In this document: positions 39,786 to 53,678 of the stretch, one piece after another
Numbering within the stretch: the first letter of the stretch is position 1
How the letters are laid out: every line of letters starts with the position of its first letter
Assembly (NCBI GenBank): GCA_051294375.1
Contig: CM119265.1
Coordinates: 2,146,311 to 2,210,310 of the forward strand
Direction of reading: 5' to 3'
Length of the DNA: 64,000 nt
Source of the DNA: Paraspadella gotoi
Taxonomy: Eukaryota > Animalia > Chaetognatha
The notes under the pieces: generated by a model
What the model was told of the DNA's origin: nothing
Seen by the model: the letters and a program-made list of their open reading frames with translations, nothing else
Database searches by the model: none
Translations under genes and position numbers: made by a program

Positions 39786-40652
39786 CTGCCAAAGGAAAGT
39801 CATAAATCAAGCAAGCAATTAACCGATCGACCAAGCAATTATGCCTGGAGGAGGGAGAGAGAGAGAGAGGGAGAAAAAAAATGAGAGATTGAGCGATAGA
39901 GAGAGACAGATATGTGGAGGGAAAAGATAATGCGCATGTCAGTGTTTTTTTTATGTGTTGAGGCAAGGGTCTACCAAGCAATTAAGCCTTGCAACGGCAA
40001 GAAATTTCGAGCGGGAGAGAGAGGAAGAGAGGGAGAAAGAGAGAGAGAGCAGAAGAGAGAGAGGAGAGAGAGAGAGGAGAGAGAGAGAGAGAAGAGAAAG
40101 AGAGAGAGGCAAAGAAACGAGAGAAGGAAAGAAAGTGAGAGAGGAGAGAAAGAAGAAAGAAAGAAAACGAAGAAGAAAGAAAGAAAGAGCGACAAAGAGA
40201 GAGAGAGAGAGATAGAGCAGGAGAGACGTCATTGGTTATGCCAAGTGAGTTTGGCTCAAATCCTTCATTTGTTTTTCTCTTCTTCTTAATCGATTTGAGT
40301 CAATTGTGATTTTCTTTCTCACACTCAGACTTAATCACTGAAACCCATAAATCCTTTTTAATTAACCTATGTGGTTTTTTTCTAAACTTGTATGTTAATA
40401 AACTAGAGTGAGTGAGAGAGACTCGATTTAAAGCTTTGAAGGGATACTGCTATGTTAATTATCTTGTAGTAAGAGTGATGGAGGCCTTAAACCACCAAAG
40501 TCAGGGGCAAGATGGCTTATTTATTGAATGAATGGATAATTTCATATTGGTCGTCCCAATTTTATAAACAAAACTATCAAAGTACGTTGTAAACCAGATT
40601 AATTCCTTTTTAAACATTAAACATAAAACTTTACAAATTTTAGTGAACGAAC

Positions 40653-40848
40653 CTTCAATCTCGAAATGAAACTTAGTGGTGATTTGGTTGTCGAAGTGGC
40701 GTCCGATGTGGTTGCTCTTGTTGAAGCCGTGGGCAAACTGGGCAAACTGGGCAAACTTTTAGCCTCCGTTATTGTGGTAGATTTGGTGGTTGGATTTGCT
40801 GTGGTCTGCCTGTTATTTGTGGTGGTTGATGAAGCCCCGGATTCTAAA

Positions 40849-40879
<31 letters not shown>

Positions 40880-41131
40880 TGGAACTAAAGTCTGTGGTGG
40901 GCTCAGTGGTCGTCGTTTTGTGTGGGTGGAAAATTGTTGTTGTTGTTGTATCCCTCAATGTTGTCTTGTCATTTCTGTTGGTTGTTGTGTCCACAGATGG
41001 TGGAAGATGATCTGTAGAAGTTGTTTCAGATGATCTGGAGGTCGTTGGGGACGTCGTCATCGACATCGTCGTCGTCGTTGTCGTCGTCGGCTTGTCCACC
41101 ACATGCGGGTTCAACGGAGCGATTCCACATT
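40653..41131 (-). CDS. Ser/Thr-rich mucin-like exon (E-CGIAPLNPHVVDKPTTTT...SPLSFISRLK)
   Basis: cattttacag acceptor, gttcgt donor (like the centrin gttcga donor); 159 stop-free codons with varied Thr/Ser/Pro codons, GC higher than flanks. Confidence 0.6.
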
Positions 41132-41646
41132 CTGTAAAATGAAATAATAGTAAAGATCGTTACATTCACCAACATAATATTACTCTAAGTAAAGCGTTTT
41201 TGTACCTTTACTTTATATATACGTTAATGGTTAACACAATGTTATTGTTTAGCTAATTTTTGTCAATATGAGTTTGTGAACAACTGGGGAAGTTAATTAT
41301 GGCTGGTTCTATCTTCAAGCTGCCTCTTCGCAAAGATCGTTTTTCCGTCCTGACTTAGTTTGATCAACAGTTAAAGAATTTGTAAATAAAACCTATGAAC
41401 TAAAGGCATGAAAAAGAAAAAAAGGAAAGAAGAAGAAAAAAGGAAAAAGGAAAATAAGGAAAAAAGGAAAAAAGGAAAAAAGGAAAAAAGGAAAAAAGGA
41501 AAAAAGGAAAAAAGGAAAAAAGGAAAAGGAAAATCCCAGCATCGATCGAAAATTCGTCGTCTGAACGGCGAAGGATAAGGGGGACACTGGACCGAGGGAT
41601 TAGGAGAGAGAGAGAGAGAGAGAGGAGAGAGATGAGGAAGAGAGAT

Positions 41647-41677
<31 letters not shown>

Positions 41678-41710
41678 AAGAGGGAGAGAGAGATAGAGAG
41701 AGAGAAAGAT

Positions 41711-41745
<35 letters not shown>

Positions 41746-42344
41746 AGCAGAGAGAGAGATCGAGAGAGGAGAGAAGAAAGAGAGAAAAAGAAGAGAGAGA
41801 GAGAGAGAGAGAGATGAGAGAGAGAGAGAAGAGAGAGATGACGAGAAGAGAGACGAGAGAGCGGGATTAGGGTTTGATTAGATTTGAAGGGAAAATTTCT
41901 CGAGCCTCTCGAAGGACGAGGGAGACGGGGTCAAACGGGGCAGAGTTTTAGCAGCGTTAGTGGAGTGGGCTGGAGTGCCTCGATAAGGTTTAGTTGGGTA
42001 CGTCGTGAAATGGGCTAACAGGGAGGGAGAGGGACGCTAGTGTTCTAATGCAGTTATGGAATATTGTGACAGGTAAGATGGAGCTATTGCTGGGGTTCGG
42101 TGAGGGCAATATGGCCACGAAATCGACGAAATAAATAATATAAATAAAATAAATGATTAATGATGGTTTTGCTCGTCGACTTTAGTTGATATTAAGCCAA
42201 TTAATACAGACTGAATATTTCAACTTTTTTTTTAACGACCCTGGTATTCTCAACAATTGCCTTTTGTTTTTCGTTTTTCATCAAAGCGTGGCGAAAGTTT
42301 AAATGGAATCAATAACTGCAAACACTTCATTTCCCTTTTGTTCG

Positions 42345-44700
42345 AAACGAATAAAAACAACAAATGAAACGAAAGATAGTCCTCATTTTATCGGATTAAA
42401 AAAAATAAAGAAATAAAGAAACAAAATTTTTTCGTTACTCGCTTTCGGTTTTTAATGGCATTTAATGGCATTAAAGGGATTTTAATGGCATTTTCATTTT
42501 TCGTTTCTATTGGATGCGTTTTTATAGCTGCGGCTGGCAATATAGAGTGTCCCGGTAAACGATCTTTTGAAATCTTGTTCTATTTAATTTAAATAAATCT
42601 ATTTTTAGACTAGATGGAGGTTACCAGATGATTAGAACAAATTTAATTTTGACAACGTTTTATGTACTTTTTTATTTTTTTTATATAGATTTTTAATTAA
42701 TTTTGTTTATTCTCGAATCTAGTTTGCACACACCAATTCTGAAAGAGAGAGAAAGAGAGAGAGAGAAAGAAAGAGAGAGAGAGAGAGTCACAAAAAGCGC
42801 GTGAGAAAAAAAAATCAATTTTTCTGCCAAAATTTGAATCGAAACAAAATTTTGTGGAAAAACGGAAATGACAAAATGAAAGGGAAGAGAGGGAGAGAAG
42901 GAAGGAGAGAGGGAGGGAGGGAAGAAGAAAAGAAGTAGCGAAGAGAGGGAAGGAGAGGGCAGAGAGCCGAGGAGTGAGAGAGGGAGAAGAGCGTGTGGAG
43001 GTGTGAGAGAGGGAGAGAGGAGGGAGGGGAGGAGGAGGAGCGGTACGGTAGTGAGAATCCAAAGAGGGAGGCGAGAGATGGAGGGAGAGAGAGAGGGAGA
43101 GAAGGAGGTAGGAGGGTTATAATCGAGAGAGGAGATTAAATTAAGGGTCTCATAAAAATGGAGGGGAAGTGAGAGAGAAAAGGATTGCCTGAGTATAAGA
43201 ATTTAAAAAATTTAAAAAAAAAGAAAAAAATATGATAAAAATGGCTGCCGGCTCCAGAAAAGAGTTCATGGTTGCGGAATGTGAAGGAAAGGAAAGGAAA
43301 GGAAAGGAAAGGAAAGGAAAGGAAAGGAAAGGAAAGGAAAGGAAAGGAAAGGAAAGGAAAGGAAAGGAAAGGCAAATAAGGATAAAGAGTAAAAAGTAAA
43401 AACGAAAATAAACAAGGGTATTAATTGTGGCTTTANNNNNNNNNNNNNNNNNNNNNNNNNATTAAAAACAACAAATGAAACGAAAGATATCCTTCATTTT
43501 ATCGGATTAAAAATAAGAGAAATAAGAAAACAAAATTTTTCGTTCGTTACTCCTTTTGCGGTTTTTAATGGCATTTAATGGCATAAAGGGATTATTTAAT
43601 GGCCATTTTCATTTTCGTTTCTATTTGGATGCGTGTTTTATTAGCTGCGGGCTGGCAATTTATAGAGTAGTCCCGGATAAACGACCTTTTTTGAAAATTT
43701 TGTTTTATTTAATTTTAAAATCAATCTATTTTTAGTCAAGATGCGAGGTTACCAGATGATTAGAACAAATTTTAATTTTGACAACGTTTTATGCTGTACT
43801 TTTATTTTTTTGATATATAGATTTTAATTAATTTTTGTTTATTCTCGAATCTAGTTTTGCACACATCCCAATTCTGAAAGAGAGAGAAAGAGAGAGGAGA
43901 GAAAGAAAGGAGAGAGAGAGAGAGTCACAAAACGCGCGTGGAGAAAAAAAAATCAATTTTTTCTGGCCAAAATTTGAATTCGAAACAAAATTTTGTGGAA
44001 AAACGGAAATGACAAAATGAAAGGGAAGAGAGGGAGAGAAGGGAAGGAGAGAGGAGAGGAGGGAAGAGAAAAGAAGTAGCGAAGAGAGGGAAGGAGAGGG
44101 CAGAGAGCCGAGGAGTGAGAGAGGGAGAAGGAGCGGGTGGAGGTGTGAGAGAGGGAGAGAGGAGGGAGGGGAGGGGAGGAGCGGTAGCGGTAGGAGAATC
44201 CAAAGAGGGAGGCGAGAGATGGAGGGAGAGAGAGAGGGAGAGAAGGAGGTAGGAGGGTTATAATCGAGAGAGGCAGATTAAATTAAGGGTCTCATAAAAA
44301 TGGAGGGGAAGTGAGAGAGAAAAGGATTGCCTGAGTATAAGAATTTAAAAAATTTAAAAAAAAGAAAAAAATATGATAAAAAATGGCTGCCGGCTCCAGA
44401 AAAAGAGTTCTCATGCGTTGCGGAAATTGAGAAGGAAAGGAAAGGAAAGGAAAGGAAAAAGGAAAGGAAAGGAAAGGAAAGGAAAGGAAAGGAAAGGAAG
44501 GGAAAGGAAAAGAAAGGAAAGGAAAGGAAAGGAAAGGAAAGGAAAGGAAAAAAAGGAAAGGAAAAGGAAAGGAAAGGAAAGGAAAAGAAAGGAAAGGAAA
44601 GGAAAGGAAAGGAAAGGAAAGGAAAAAGAAAGAAAGGCAAAAATAAGGATAAAGAGTAAAAGGTAAAAACGAAAATAAACAAGGGTATTAATTGTGGCTT
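42345..44700. repeat. ~1.1-kb tandem duplication across the 25-N gap at 43436-43460; includes (GGAAA)n arrays
   Basis: 42345-43435 recurs at 43461-44700 with scattered 1-bp insertions. Confidence 0.9.
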
Positions 44701-44867
44701 TACATGGGCGTGACATTGACATGACATGAATACATGACTACAATAACTTATTAACTCTCTTATACGTGTATTTATGAAATTCACTGCATCAAAATTCCGT
44801 CTTTTATTCCTTATAGTTTTAGGAATTCCTGAAGTCCGCTAGCAGACCTTTACTTTAGATTTGAGGT

Positions 44868-45031
44868 TTTTTTCTGTCTTAACAAATGAGCAATCAACTA
44901 TAGACAAATTATATTCATTTTTAGCGTAAGTGGGACAGACCGATGGACCGACATACCGACCGACATACCGACCGACGGGCCGACCGAAAAGTGACTTTTA
45001 GAGTTGCTCCGCGAGTACTCGCGGCGTAACT
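44868..45031 (-). mobile_element. Second HINE-like family terminus; related fragments at ~5170-5295 and ~10200-10320
   Basis: Terminal hairpin agttgct-ccgcgagtactcgcgg-cgtaact next to an A-run, (GACC)n-like microsatellite, shared gtaagtgggacagaccgatggac core. Confidence 0.55.
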
Positions 45032-45185
45032 AAAAAGAAACAAGAAAAAACAAATTACTCAAAATAACATAAATAACTCGAGCAATTAATATTATCAATT
45101 ATATCTTGCAACTAAGTTCAAGAACAACAACAACAAAAACAACAACAACAACATTGGAAGTAACAACAACATCGCATCCACTTAG

Positions 45186-45350
45186 CGATGACCGTCTCAC
45201 CGGTCCCGCCCTCTCGCTTCCGATGCCAAATAGAGGACGACGACACGAAGACGACGACGACGAAGATGATGACGACGGCAACGACGACGATGACGACGAA
45301 GAGGACGACGCCGAAGATAACGGCGACGACGACGACGACGACGAAAACCG
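45186..45350 (+). CDS. Tentative Asp-rich exon (DDRLTGPALSLPMPNRGRRHEDDDD...ENR); strand ambiguous
   Basis: ttag acceptor, gtatga donor; phase 2 end is compatible with the exon at 46963. Confidence 0.3.
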
Positions 45351-45674
45351 GTATGAGTTTGAACTGAGGATTAAAAGTAATCAAAGAGTAAGGCGGTGAT
45401 TCTATGGGAAGATTGGTGATTTGATGAAAAGGGTGATTTTAATGTGGCAAAGGGTGATCAATAATTGAGAAGGAAAGATTAATGTGAAAGAGAAGAGAAT
45501 TGGTGATATAAAGTGGAAGGATTAGTGATAACTAGAAAATATTTGTCATTATTATAATTGGAGAGCAATTGTGATAAGGAAGAATTCGTGATAATTGATG
45601 AAATTTATGGTAAAAGGAAGGGATTAGTGATGAAGAAAAAGGATCTATAGAACAAAGCTTAAGGGGTTTTCACG

Positions 45675-45746
45675 GACCCCACTGGGAATCGATCCCGGTA
45701 CCTAATGGTCATGAACTGATGGTATTGCTCAATGGGCCATTGAGCT
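45675..45746 (-). mobile_element. tRNA-like SINE remnant
   Basis: Minus strand agctcaatggcccattgag...gggatcgattcccagtggg with A/B-box-like spacing. Confidence 0.3.
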
Positions 45747-46844
45747 TATTGACGGGGTGAACTTGATGCAATGCCCGATTACATTATAAAGTGAAATGAT
45801 GTGTGATAAAGGATTTGTGATATTGGGGGGTGTTCGGTGATAAAGGGGAAAAAGAAAAGGGTCAGCCTACGACTATTTTTACGACTCAATCAAGAGAAGG
45901 GAATGGAGAGGGGAGGGAAAGTTGTACGGGGCGGACGGACGAAGAGCAAAAAGGGACGTACGGACAGAGAGAAGGTTGAACGGATAAAGGAAGAAAAGTG
46001 AGAGAAATGTAGAATAAGTTAAATACTTTTAAAAACTATGGAATCATTTTTAGATTAAATGTATATTTTAAAATTGGTACAACCAATATAAAAATTATCC
46101 ATTAATTCTATAAATTATCTATCTAGCCTCCTGACTTTGAACAGGCTATGGGTAAAGGCCTCCATTCCTCTTCCAAGAAAATAACATTTAAGGACTCCGT
46201 CAGCTTTCAATCAAGACTTTCTCATCGTTTTGTTTATTTACTCTCTGATTAACTAGCTTCCCAATCAACGAATCATTCTTAATTGTATTTAAAGACCTTA
46301 TTTATTCCTAATCCTAAACATCTTCGAGTTAAACTAAATAAAGAATTAATCACTTAAATCCCCATTTAGCCTTAATGAATTTCTCCTCATCCCTCCGCCT
46401 CCCCTTAAAAAGAATCATCCCCCCACTCCCTTCCTCCCTTCCTCCACCGACTCCCAAATGTTGTCCTCAATTTGCTTTCGTCCATCAGCAACGATTCTTT
46501 CTCATGTATTTCAGCCGCGCGATTGCGCAATACAAATTCTCCCTTCTGGCGAACAATTGCGTCATTGTCTAATTCTGTATCTTAGTTTAGTTTCTGTGTT
46601 GCATTTATTGGCACAATATTTTGCATTCTATCTTGTATTTATAGGTACAATGTAGCACATTCCTCGGTACAGTAGTGTCATTTTTATCCCACATTTTATC
46701 GTACGTTTATCTGCACCACAACGTCCTTTTTTCTATCCATATTTCATCGCATCCTTTTCTATCCCATATTCTAATAAACGTTAATATGCATCATTGCGTC
46801 TTTTACTCTCTCATATTCTTTCTATAATACATCTATCACAATTC

Positions 46845-46927
<83 letters not shown>

Positions 46928-46962
46928 GCACATCCTCACTGCTCCTTCAATTGGTTCCATAG

Positions 46963-47227
46963 CAAAGAACCATTCGTAACTGATGCCTCGTTACTCGACG
47001 ATCGTCATGGGACTATTCCACGATGGAATCGGGAAGCAGACGACCGAAACTCCGGGCGCGGCGGGCGCCATATGGCAAACGAGAATCCGATGGCCAGATA
47101 TATATGGGCGGATGGTCCAACGGCCTCGTGGCAATGCAATGACACCAATGACATCGACGGCAGATTGGCATCGCGGTTTATTGCCGTCCATCAGGATGGA
47201 ATCGAAGATTCGGCGGCGTCGTTGTGA
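46963..47227 (+). CDS. Tentative terminal exon of unknown protein (KEPFVTDASLLDDRHGTIPRW...DSAASL*)
   Basis: GC-rich non-repetitive island, ttccatag acceptor, 87 stop-free codons then TGA; no family recognised; other frames are also partly open. Confidence 0.4.
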
Positions 47228-47882
47228 TGAGGGAAGTTGAGGGATGACAGTGATTATAGTTATGCCAAATAGGTAGTTATGATAGAGATGAAAGTGATGA
47301 TAGTTATGACAAAAAAGGCAGTGTTGATAGAGATGACAGTGATGATAGTTATGACAGAGAAGGCAGTGATGACAAGGATGACAGAGATGGCAGTGATGAC
47401 AGAAAATGTAATAATGACGGAGAATAAAGTGAATACATCGCAATGTGTTGTTGATAAAGGATGACGGAGTAAGCTGTGATGGATTCATTAGATGATAAAA
47501 TCCAGTGGCATGGCTGTGAGGTGGCAGATTTGAGTGATGGCATAATCAAATGGCGAAGACAACGAATGAGGTGGGACGACATAGGAGGCAACGTTGAGTG
47601 ATGGCAAGTGGCAAACAATTAGCGACGGCATCCCATGAGAGATGGTAAAATGATCTCAAGGGCGAGATTTAATGATGGTTTTGACAAGGAGGAAGAGAAG
47701 GACAAAAACGACAACAAAGGAGGACGAAGACGACGACAAGGAGGAAGAGGAGGACGACAACAACAACAACGACAACTTTGGCTTCAAAACAGAAAACGAC
47801 GAACTTTTTTTTTTTTTTTCCTTCGATGAAAAAAATTTCGGTTCGAGAAACAAATCGTTTTTTTTTTTAGGAAGGGGGGGAG

Positions 47883-47977
47883 GGCTCTCTTTTTCAAAAG
47901 CGCCCCATTACTGTTCCGTAATTTATATCTAATACCGAATTTAAATTAAAATTGGAGTGTTCTAGGAAAATAAGGCC
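47883..47977. mobile_element. Minimal (95-bp) Merlin-like MITE copy; another copy spans ~48153-49345
   Basis: ggctctctttttcaaaagcgccccatt ... attggagtgttctaggaaaataaggcc. Confidence 0.6.
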
Positions 47978-50900
47978 AGGTGTTTGGTGAGTCGAAGTTG
48001 GGGCTGGGAGATGCGAAGGTTTGATGGTGAACTGAGATTGAAAGTGAATGGGATGTTGAAAGAGAGAATTGAAATTTGATGTTGATGGAGAAGAATGGAA
48101 ATGATCGGACTATCAGGGTTCTACGGAGAAGGAGCCAAAAGAAGATTATCTGGGCTCTCTTTTCCCAGAGCGCCCCATTTCTAGGCTCTCTTTTCCAATT
48201 TTAAACCCTAATCCCTAACCTTAATCTTTAACATATCATTAATCATTAATCATTAATCATTAACATATTCATTAATTTGTTTCTTAATCTAATCTAATTT
48301 AATCTTTAACTCATTGAAAAATTTTGTGACCTCGCGTCCGGTCATTTTTCCCTGGTCATCTTAATTAACCTTTTTTGACCAGTCTTTTTGCTGTTTTAGC
48401 CGCTTTTTTATGGCTTTTTTTGAGCCGTAAATCTTTTCACTTGTTATTCCATCATAGTCGTTTCACAGAAAAAGATCGACCGTNNNNNNNNNNNNNNNNN
48501 NNNNNNNNNNNNNNNNNNNNNNNNNNNNNNNNNNNNNNNNNNNNNNNNNNNNNNNNNNNNNNNNNNNNNNNNNNNNNNNNNNNNNNNNNNNNNNNNNNNN
48601 NNNNNNNNNNNNNNNNNNNNNNNNNNNNNNNNNNNNNNNNNNNNNNNNNNNNNNNNNNNNNNNNNNNNNNNNNNNNNNNNNNNNNNNNNNNNNNNNNNNN
48701 NNNNNNNNNNNNNNNNNNNNNNNNNNNNNNNNNNNNNNNNNNNNNNNNNNNNNNNNNNNNNNNNNNNNNNNNNNNNNNNNNNNNNNNNNNNNNNNNNNNN
48801 NNNNNNNNNNNNNNNNNNNNNNNNNNNNNNNNNNNNNNNNNNNNNNNNNNNNNNNNNNNNNNNNNNNNNNNNNNNNNNNNNNNNNNNNNNNNNNNNNNNN
48901 NNNNNNNNNNNNNNNNNNNNNNNNNNNNNNNNNNNNNNNNNNNNNNNNNNNNNNNNNNNNNNNNNNNNNNNNNNNNNNNNNNNNNNNNNNNNNNNNNNNN
49001 NNNNNNNNNNNNNNNNNNNNNNNTATTCCATCATAGTCGTTTCACAGAAAAAGATCGACCGTATTTAATGAATCCAAGGATTTTCGTCACAAATTTATTG
49101 TACGATACCTATTTTGCCATAGGTTTACTTCTACAAGAATAAATTATTCACGATTTATTTGACATTTTTTCGTAATTTATATCTCTTGGATATTTAAAAA
49201 ACCTGGCTCCATGTTAAAGCCAGTTCATCTGACGGCCATCGCCTCGAACCCTCGCAGGCATAAAAAATAATAAACATTTTCTACTCTCATCATATTACCC
49301 TATTTCCAAATTTAAGATGGAATGTGGCGTTTTTGGAAAAAAGCCCCTTTTGTCACCCAAAATCCGGCTTTCTGCTATTTAGGGCAACAGTTCGATAATA
49401 ACAGTTTGAGGAAACAGTTTGAAGAAAAAGGTTTTTTTCATCGCCGAAGCAATTTTGATTGAAAAAGAGGCTGGGACTATTTTCGACTGTTTTGAATGAA
49501 ATTGAGAATTGAGGGAAAATAGAAAAGGGATTTTTGGAGGAAGAGAGAGGAAGAGAAGAGAGAGAGAGAGAGAGTGAGAGAGAGAGAGAGATAGAGAGAG
49601 AGAGAGTGACAGAGAGAGAGAGAGAAAAAAAAATAGAGGGAGGGAAGAAAAGAAGGGAACGAAGGGAAAGGAGAGAAGAAAAGGAATTTTCTTTAGGGAG
49701 GTGGACAAAAAAACTATGGAGGAAGCAAGATTTATGGAGAAAAAATGAGAGAGAGAGAGAGTGAGAGAGAGAGAGTGAGAGTGAGAGAGAGAGCGCTCTG
49801 CAAAGACTGCATTGCTCAGGGGAAAAGAGAAAAAACACNNNNNNNNNNNNNNNNNNNNNNNNNNNNNNNNNNNNNNNNNNNNNNNNNNNNNNNNNNNNNN
49901 NNNNNNNNNNNNNNNNNNNNNNNNNNNNNNNNNNNNNNNNNNNNNNNNNNNNNNNNNNNNNNNNNNNNNNNNNNNNNNNNNNNNNNNNNNNNNNNNNNNN
50001 NNNNNNNNNNNNNNNNNNNNNNNNNNNNNNNNNNNNNNNNNNNNNNNNNNNNNNNNNNNNNNNNNNNNNNNNNNNNNNNNNNNNNNNNNNNNNNNNNNNN
50101 NNNNNNNNNNNNNNNNNNNNNNNNNNNNNNNNNNNNNNNNNNNNNNNNNNNNNNNNNNNNNNNNNNNNNNNNNNNNNNNNNNNNNNNNNNNNNNNNNNNN
50201 NNNNNNNNNNNNNNNNNNNNNNNNNNNNNNNNNNNNNNNNNNNNNNNNNNNNNNNNNNNNNNNNNNNNNNNNNNNNNNNNNNNNNNNNNNNNNNNNNNNN
50301 NNNNNNNNNNNNNNNNNNNNNNNNNNNNNNNNNNNNNNNNNNNNNNNNNNNNNNNNNNNNNNNNNNNNNNNNNNNNNNNNNNNNNNNNNNNNNNNNNNNN
50401 NNNNNNNNNNNNNNNNNNNNNNNNNNNNNNNNNNNNNNNNNNNNNNNNNNNNNNNNNNNNNNNNNNNNNNNNNNNNNNNNNNNNNNNNNNNNNNNNNNNN
50501 NNNNNNNNNNNNNNNNNNNNNNNNNNNNNNNNNNNNNNNNNNNNNNNNNNNNNNNNNNNNNNNNNNNNNNNNNNNNNNNNNNNNNNNNNNNNNCTGCACT
50601 TGAACTAGATGCTACGCGCAGGTTCGAAAGACGTTACGCTTTTGGGCTGCAACTGCAGGTACGACATTTCCACAGTGTTCTCTCTGGTTCTGGCAGATGG
50701 GCGCGTTGCGAAATGCTCTCGCACTTTGCGCTCGCAAAAATTATTATTTTGTTTCAATTATATAATGGTAGTTTTATACCGATTCAATGCTTATACAACT
50801 AGAACCAGTTCACACACAGTGGCGATATTTCGTACATCTTCCCTTCACAAAAAGTCATTTTTTTACCCGATCCTTTGAATTATTCAGACGCGCGTAACAT

Positions 50901-52213
50901 CCGAGGAATGACCTCGCCGTCAACGCCAAAGAAAAATGTAACCAACTCGATCCCTATCGGGGTGAATGCAGTTTTTCACGAGTAATTTCTGTGAATGACT
51001 CGTGGAGATTAAAACGTATTGTGACGATAGCGTATTAGATAAGCTCGAGCCTTTTTTTCACGTTCTCTTTACAAACCAACTTTCGCTTTCGGCTGATTGC
51101 TGATTTCAACATTACAAGCGTTGGGGGAATATCCATTAAATTCGTATTAAAATATGATGTTGGAACAAGCAATATATTATTATAATATATTATATAATAT
51201 ATTATTATAAGCAATATATTATTATTATAGCATTATCCATTCATTGAATAAGTAAACTATCTTGCCCCTGACTTTGGACAGACTAGGGTGGGTTAAGGCG
51301 ACAAGCAGGAACCTGCAAGCTTTCAATCANNNNNNNNNNNNNNNNNNNNNNNNNNNNNNNNNNNNNNNNNNNNNNNNNNNNNNNNNNNNNNNNNNNNNNN
51401 NNNNNNNNNNNNNNNNNNNNNNNNNNNNNNNNNNNNNNNNNNNNNNNNNNNNNNNNNNNNNNNNNNNNNNNNNNNNNNNNNNNNNNNNNNNNNNNNNNNN
51501 NNNNNNNNNNNNNNNNNNNNNNNNNNNNNNNNNNNNNNNNNNNNNNNNNNNNNNNNNNNNNNNNNNNNNNNNNNNNNNNNNNNNNNNNNNNNNNNNNNNN
51601 NNNNNNNNNNNNNNNNNNNNNNNNNNNNNNNNNNNNNNNNNNNNNNNNNNNNNNNNNNNNNNNNNNNNNNNNNNNNNNNNNNNNNNTTTTTTTTTCGCCA
51701 GTGTTTGCCGTTCGCCCGCTGCCACTCGCCGGTTGCCGTTCGCGGAAACAGTTTCGCGATGCAGAAATGAATAATGCAAGAGAGGGAGAGAGAGACGGGG
51801 AGAGAGAGAGGGAGAGAGTAAGATCGAGGCGCACCTGGCTTTTGCAGCTGCTCTTGTGGAAACATCAGAACACTTTTTGTAGAATCGGATGAGTTTGCAA
51901 CTGATGACGCGGGAAGTGGTTGCAAATTGACTTGTAAGTACAAAGGAGGATGTGATTGCATCCGTGGTTTTGGTAGGCAATAGAATGCATTGTAATGCCA
52001 TGCAATGCACTGAAATACAATGCACTGAAATGCAATGCAATGATATACAATGCACTGAAACGAAACGCAATGATTTACAATATAATGCAATTTAATGCAA
52101 TGAAATGAAATGCAATACAATGCAATGCAATGCGATTACGCCAGATTTTATTGGACACGAGATTGAGGTTGTGATTTGCTCTCGAGCACATAATTGTAAG
52201 TTGTCTTTTTCTC

Positions 52214-52293
<80 letters not shown>

Positions 52294-52939
52294 TCACTCT
52301 TTCTTTTTCTCTTTCTTTCTTTCACCTAAAGACCGGGCTCCTTCCATTTTTCCCATCAGAGTCAGACCAACGATGATCCAGAATTTAATCCACGTCTTTG
52401 CGGCCTTCATCGCTGTCGTCGTCGTCGTCGTCTTCATCGTCGTCGTCGTCCTCATTTTAAGACGATGACGCTCGTACGTAAAAGACTACGTTACGACGAA
52501 TATTTTTATTGGTTTCGTTGTTGTTGGTTTTTTTTTAGAAAATGTTATTGTTGTGACAATCTCACTTTTGTTTTTTTTTTCTTCTCTAGTTTCCCTTTTG
52601 TTTTTTTTTAAATTTCAAATGAAGTCGCGGACGCCAGAGGTCCCCGCTCTCCACCCGCTGACACAGACTAATCTCCTCTTGTTTCTATTTTTATTTTTAT
52701 CGCTTTTTTTCTTTTTGTTGTCTTTTAGTTTTATTTCGTTGCCCTTTTGTTTTCTTTTTGCTGCCTTTTTGTTTTTTTTTTTATTTTATTTTTTTTGGCC
52801 TTTTTGTTTTCTTTTTGTTGCGACGAGTTAGTTTTTTTATTTTGTTTTTTTTTAAACTGAGAAGAATCTTAGTTCTTACTGTGTAAATCAAAATAGTTGG
52901 TCAGGACTTGTCTGGTGTGTTTTTCTCTTTCTCCCCCCG

Positions 52940-53068
<129 letters not shown>

Positions 53069-53678
53069 TCATCGAGTCTCAATGTTTACGCTTCTCTTCA
53101 GATTTTTTTGTTTCCATTTTTTTCTCAAAATCTCTTGAAAAAAGGAGGAACGTATGATATGAATTAATTTTTTTTGTTTCTTTTTTTTATTTAAATAGTT
53201 TCAAACTTAATCTAGGAGTATGGGTTTTTATTAAATCAGATTATCTTCGGAAAATAGGTTATAGCGTCCCATTTTCGTTTATCTCAGATTTTAATTTTAA
53301 CCTTAATATTTAACCTAACATAATCCCTAACCTATTCAATAATGGTTGTAAATTAGTTAATGAGATGTTCCAGTAATCGATTTCCCTTATTATGTTTCTT
53401 TTAAGCAGATTGAATCAAGAAGGGGAAATCAGCTGACTTTGTTACTTGATAGTTTCTTTGTTTTACATCACACAAGACTAACAAAAGGGTTAACCATAAA
53501 AGGTTTCTTGATGGCTTGACGATCTGGGGTTCAAGACTAAACTAAGCCTTTCTTAACCCTAATCTTTAACTTAAGAAAATAAACTAAATCCGAATTTGAG
53601 ATAAAGTAGTAGTATATCATAAATGAAAACCTCATAATATTTAAAAGGCTCAGGGGAATAATGTTGTATATGATTTTT

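Noticed and set aside
47085-47130. MORN-like DGQIYMGGWSNG in an alternative frame
   Set aside because: Single partial motif followed shortly by a stop; not repeated
52360-52475. Small TM-peptide ORF or CG/Arg-rich exon
   Set aside because: Driven by a (GTC)n repeat; frame and partner exons cannot be determined
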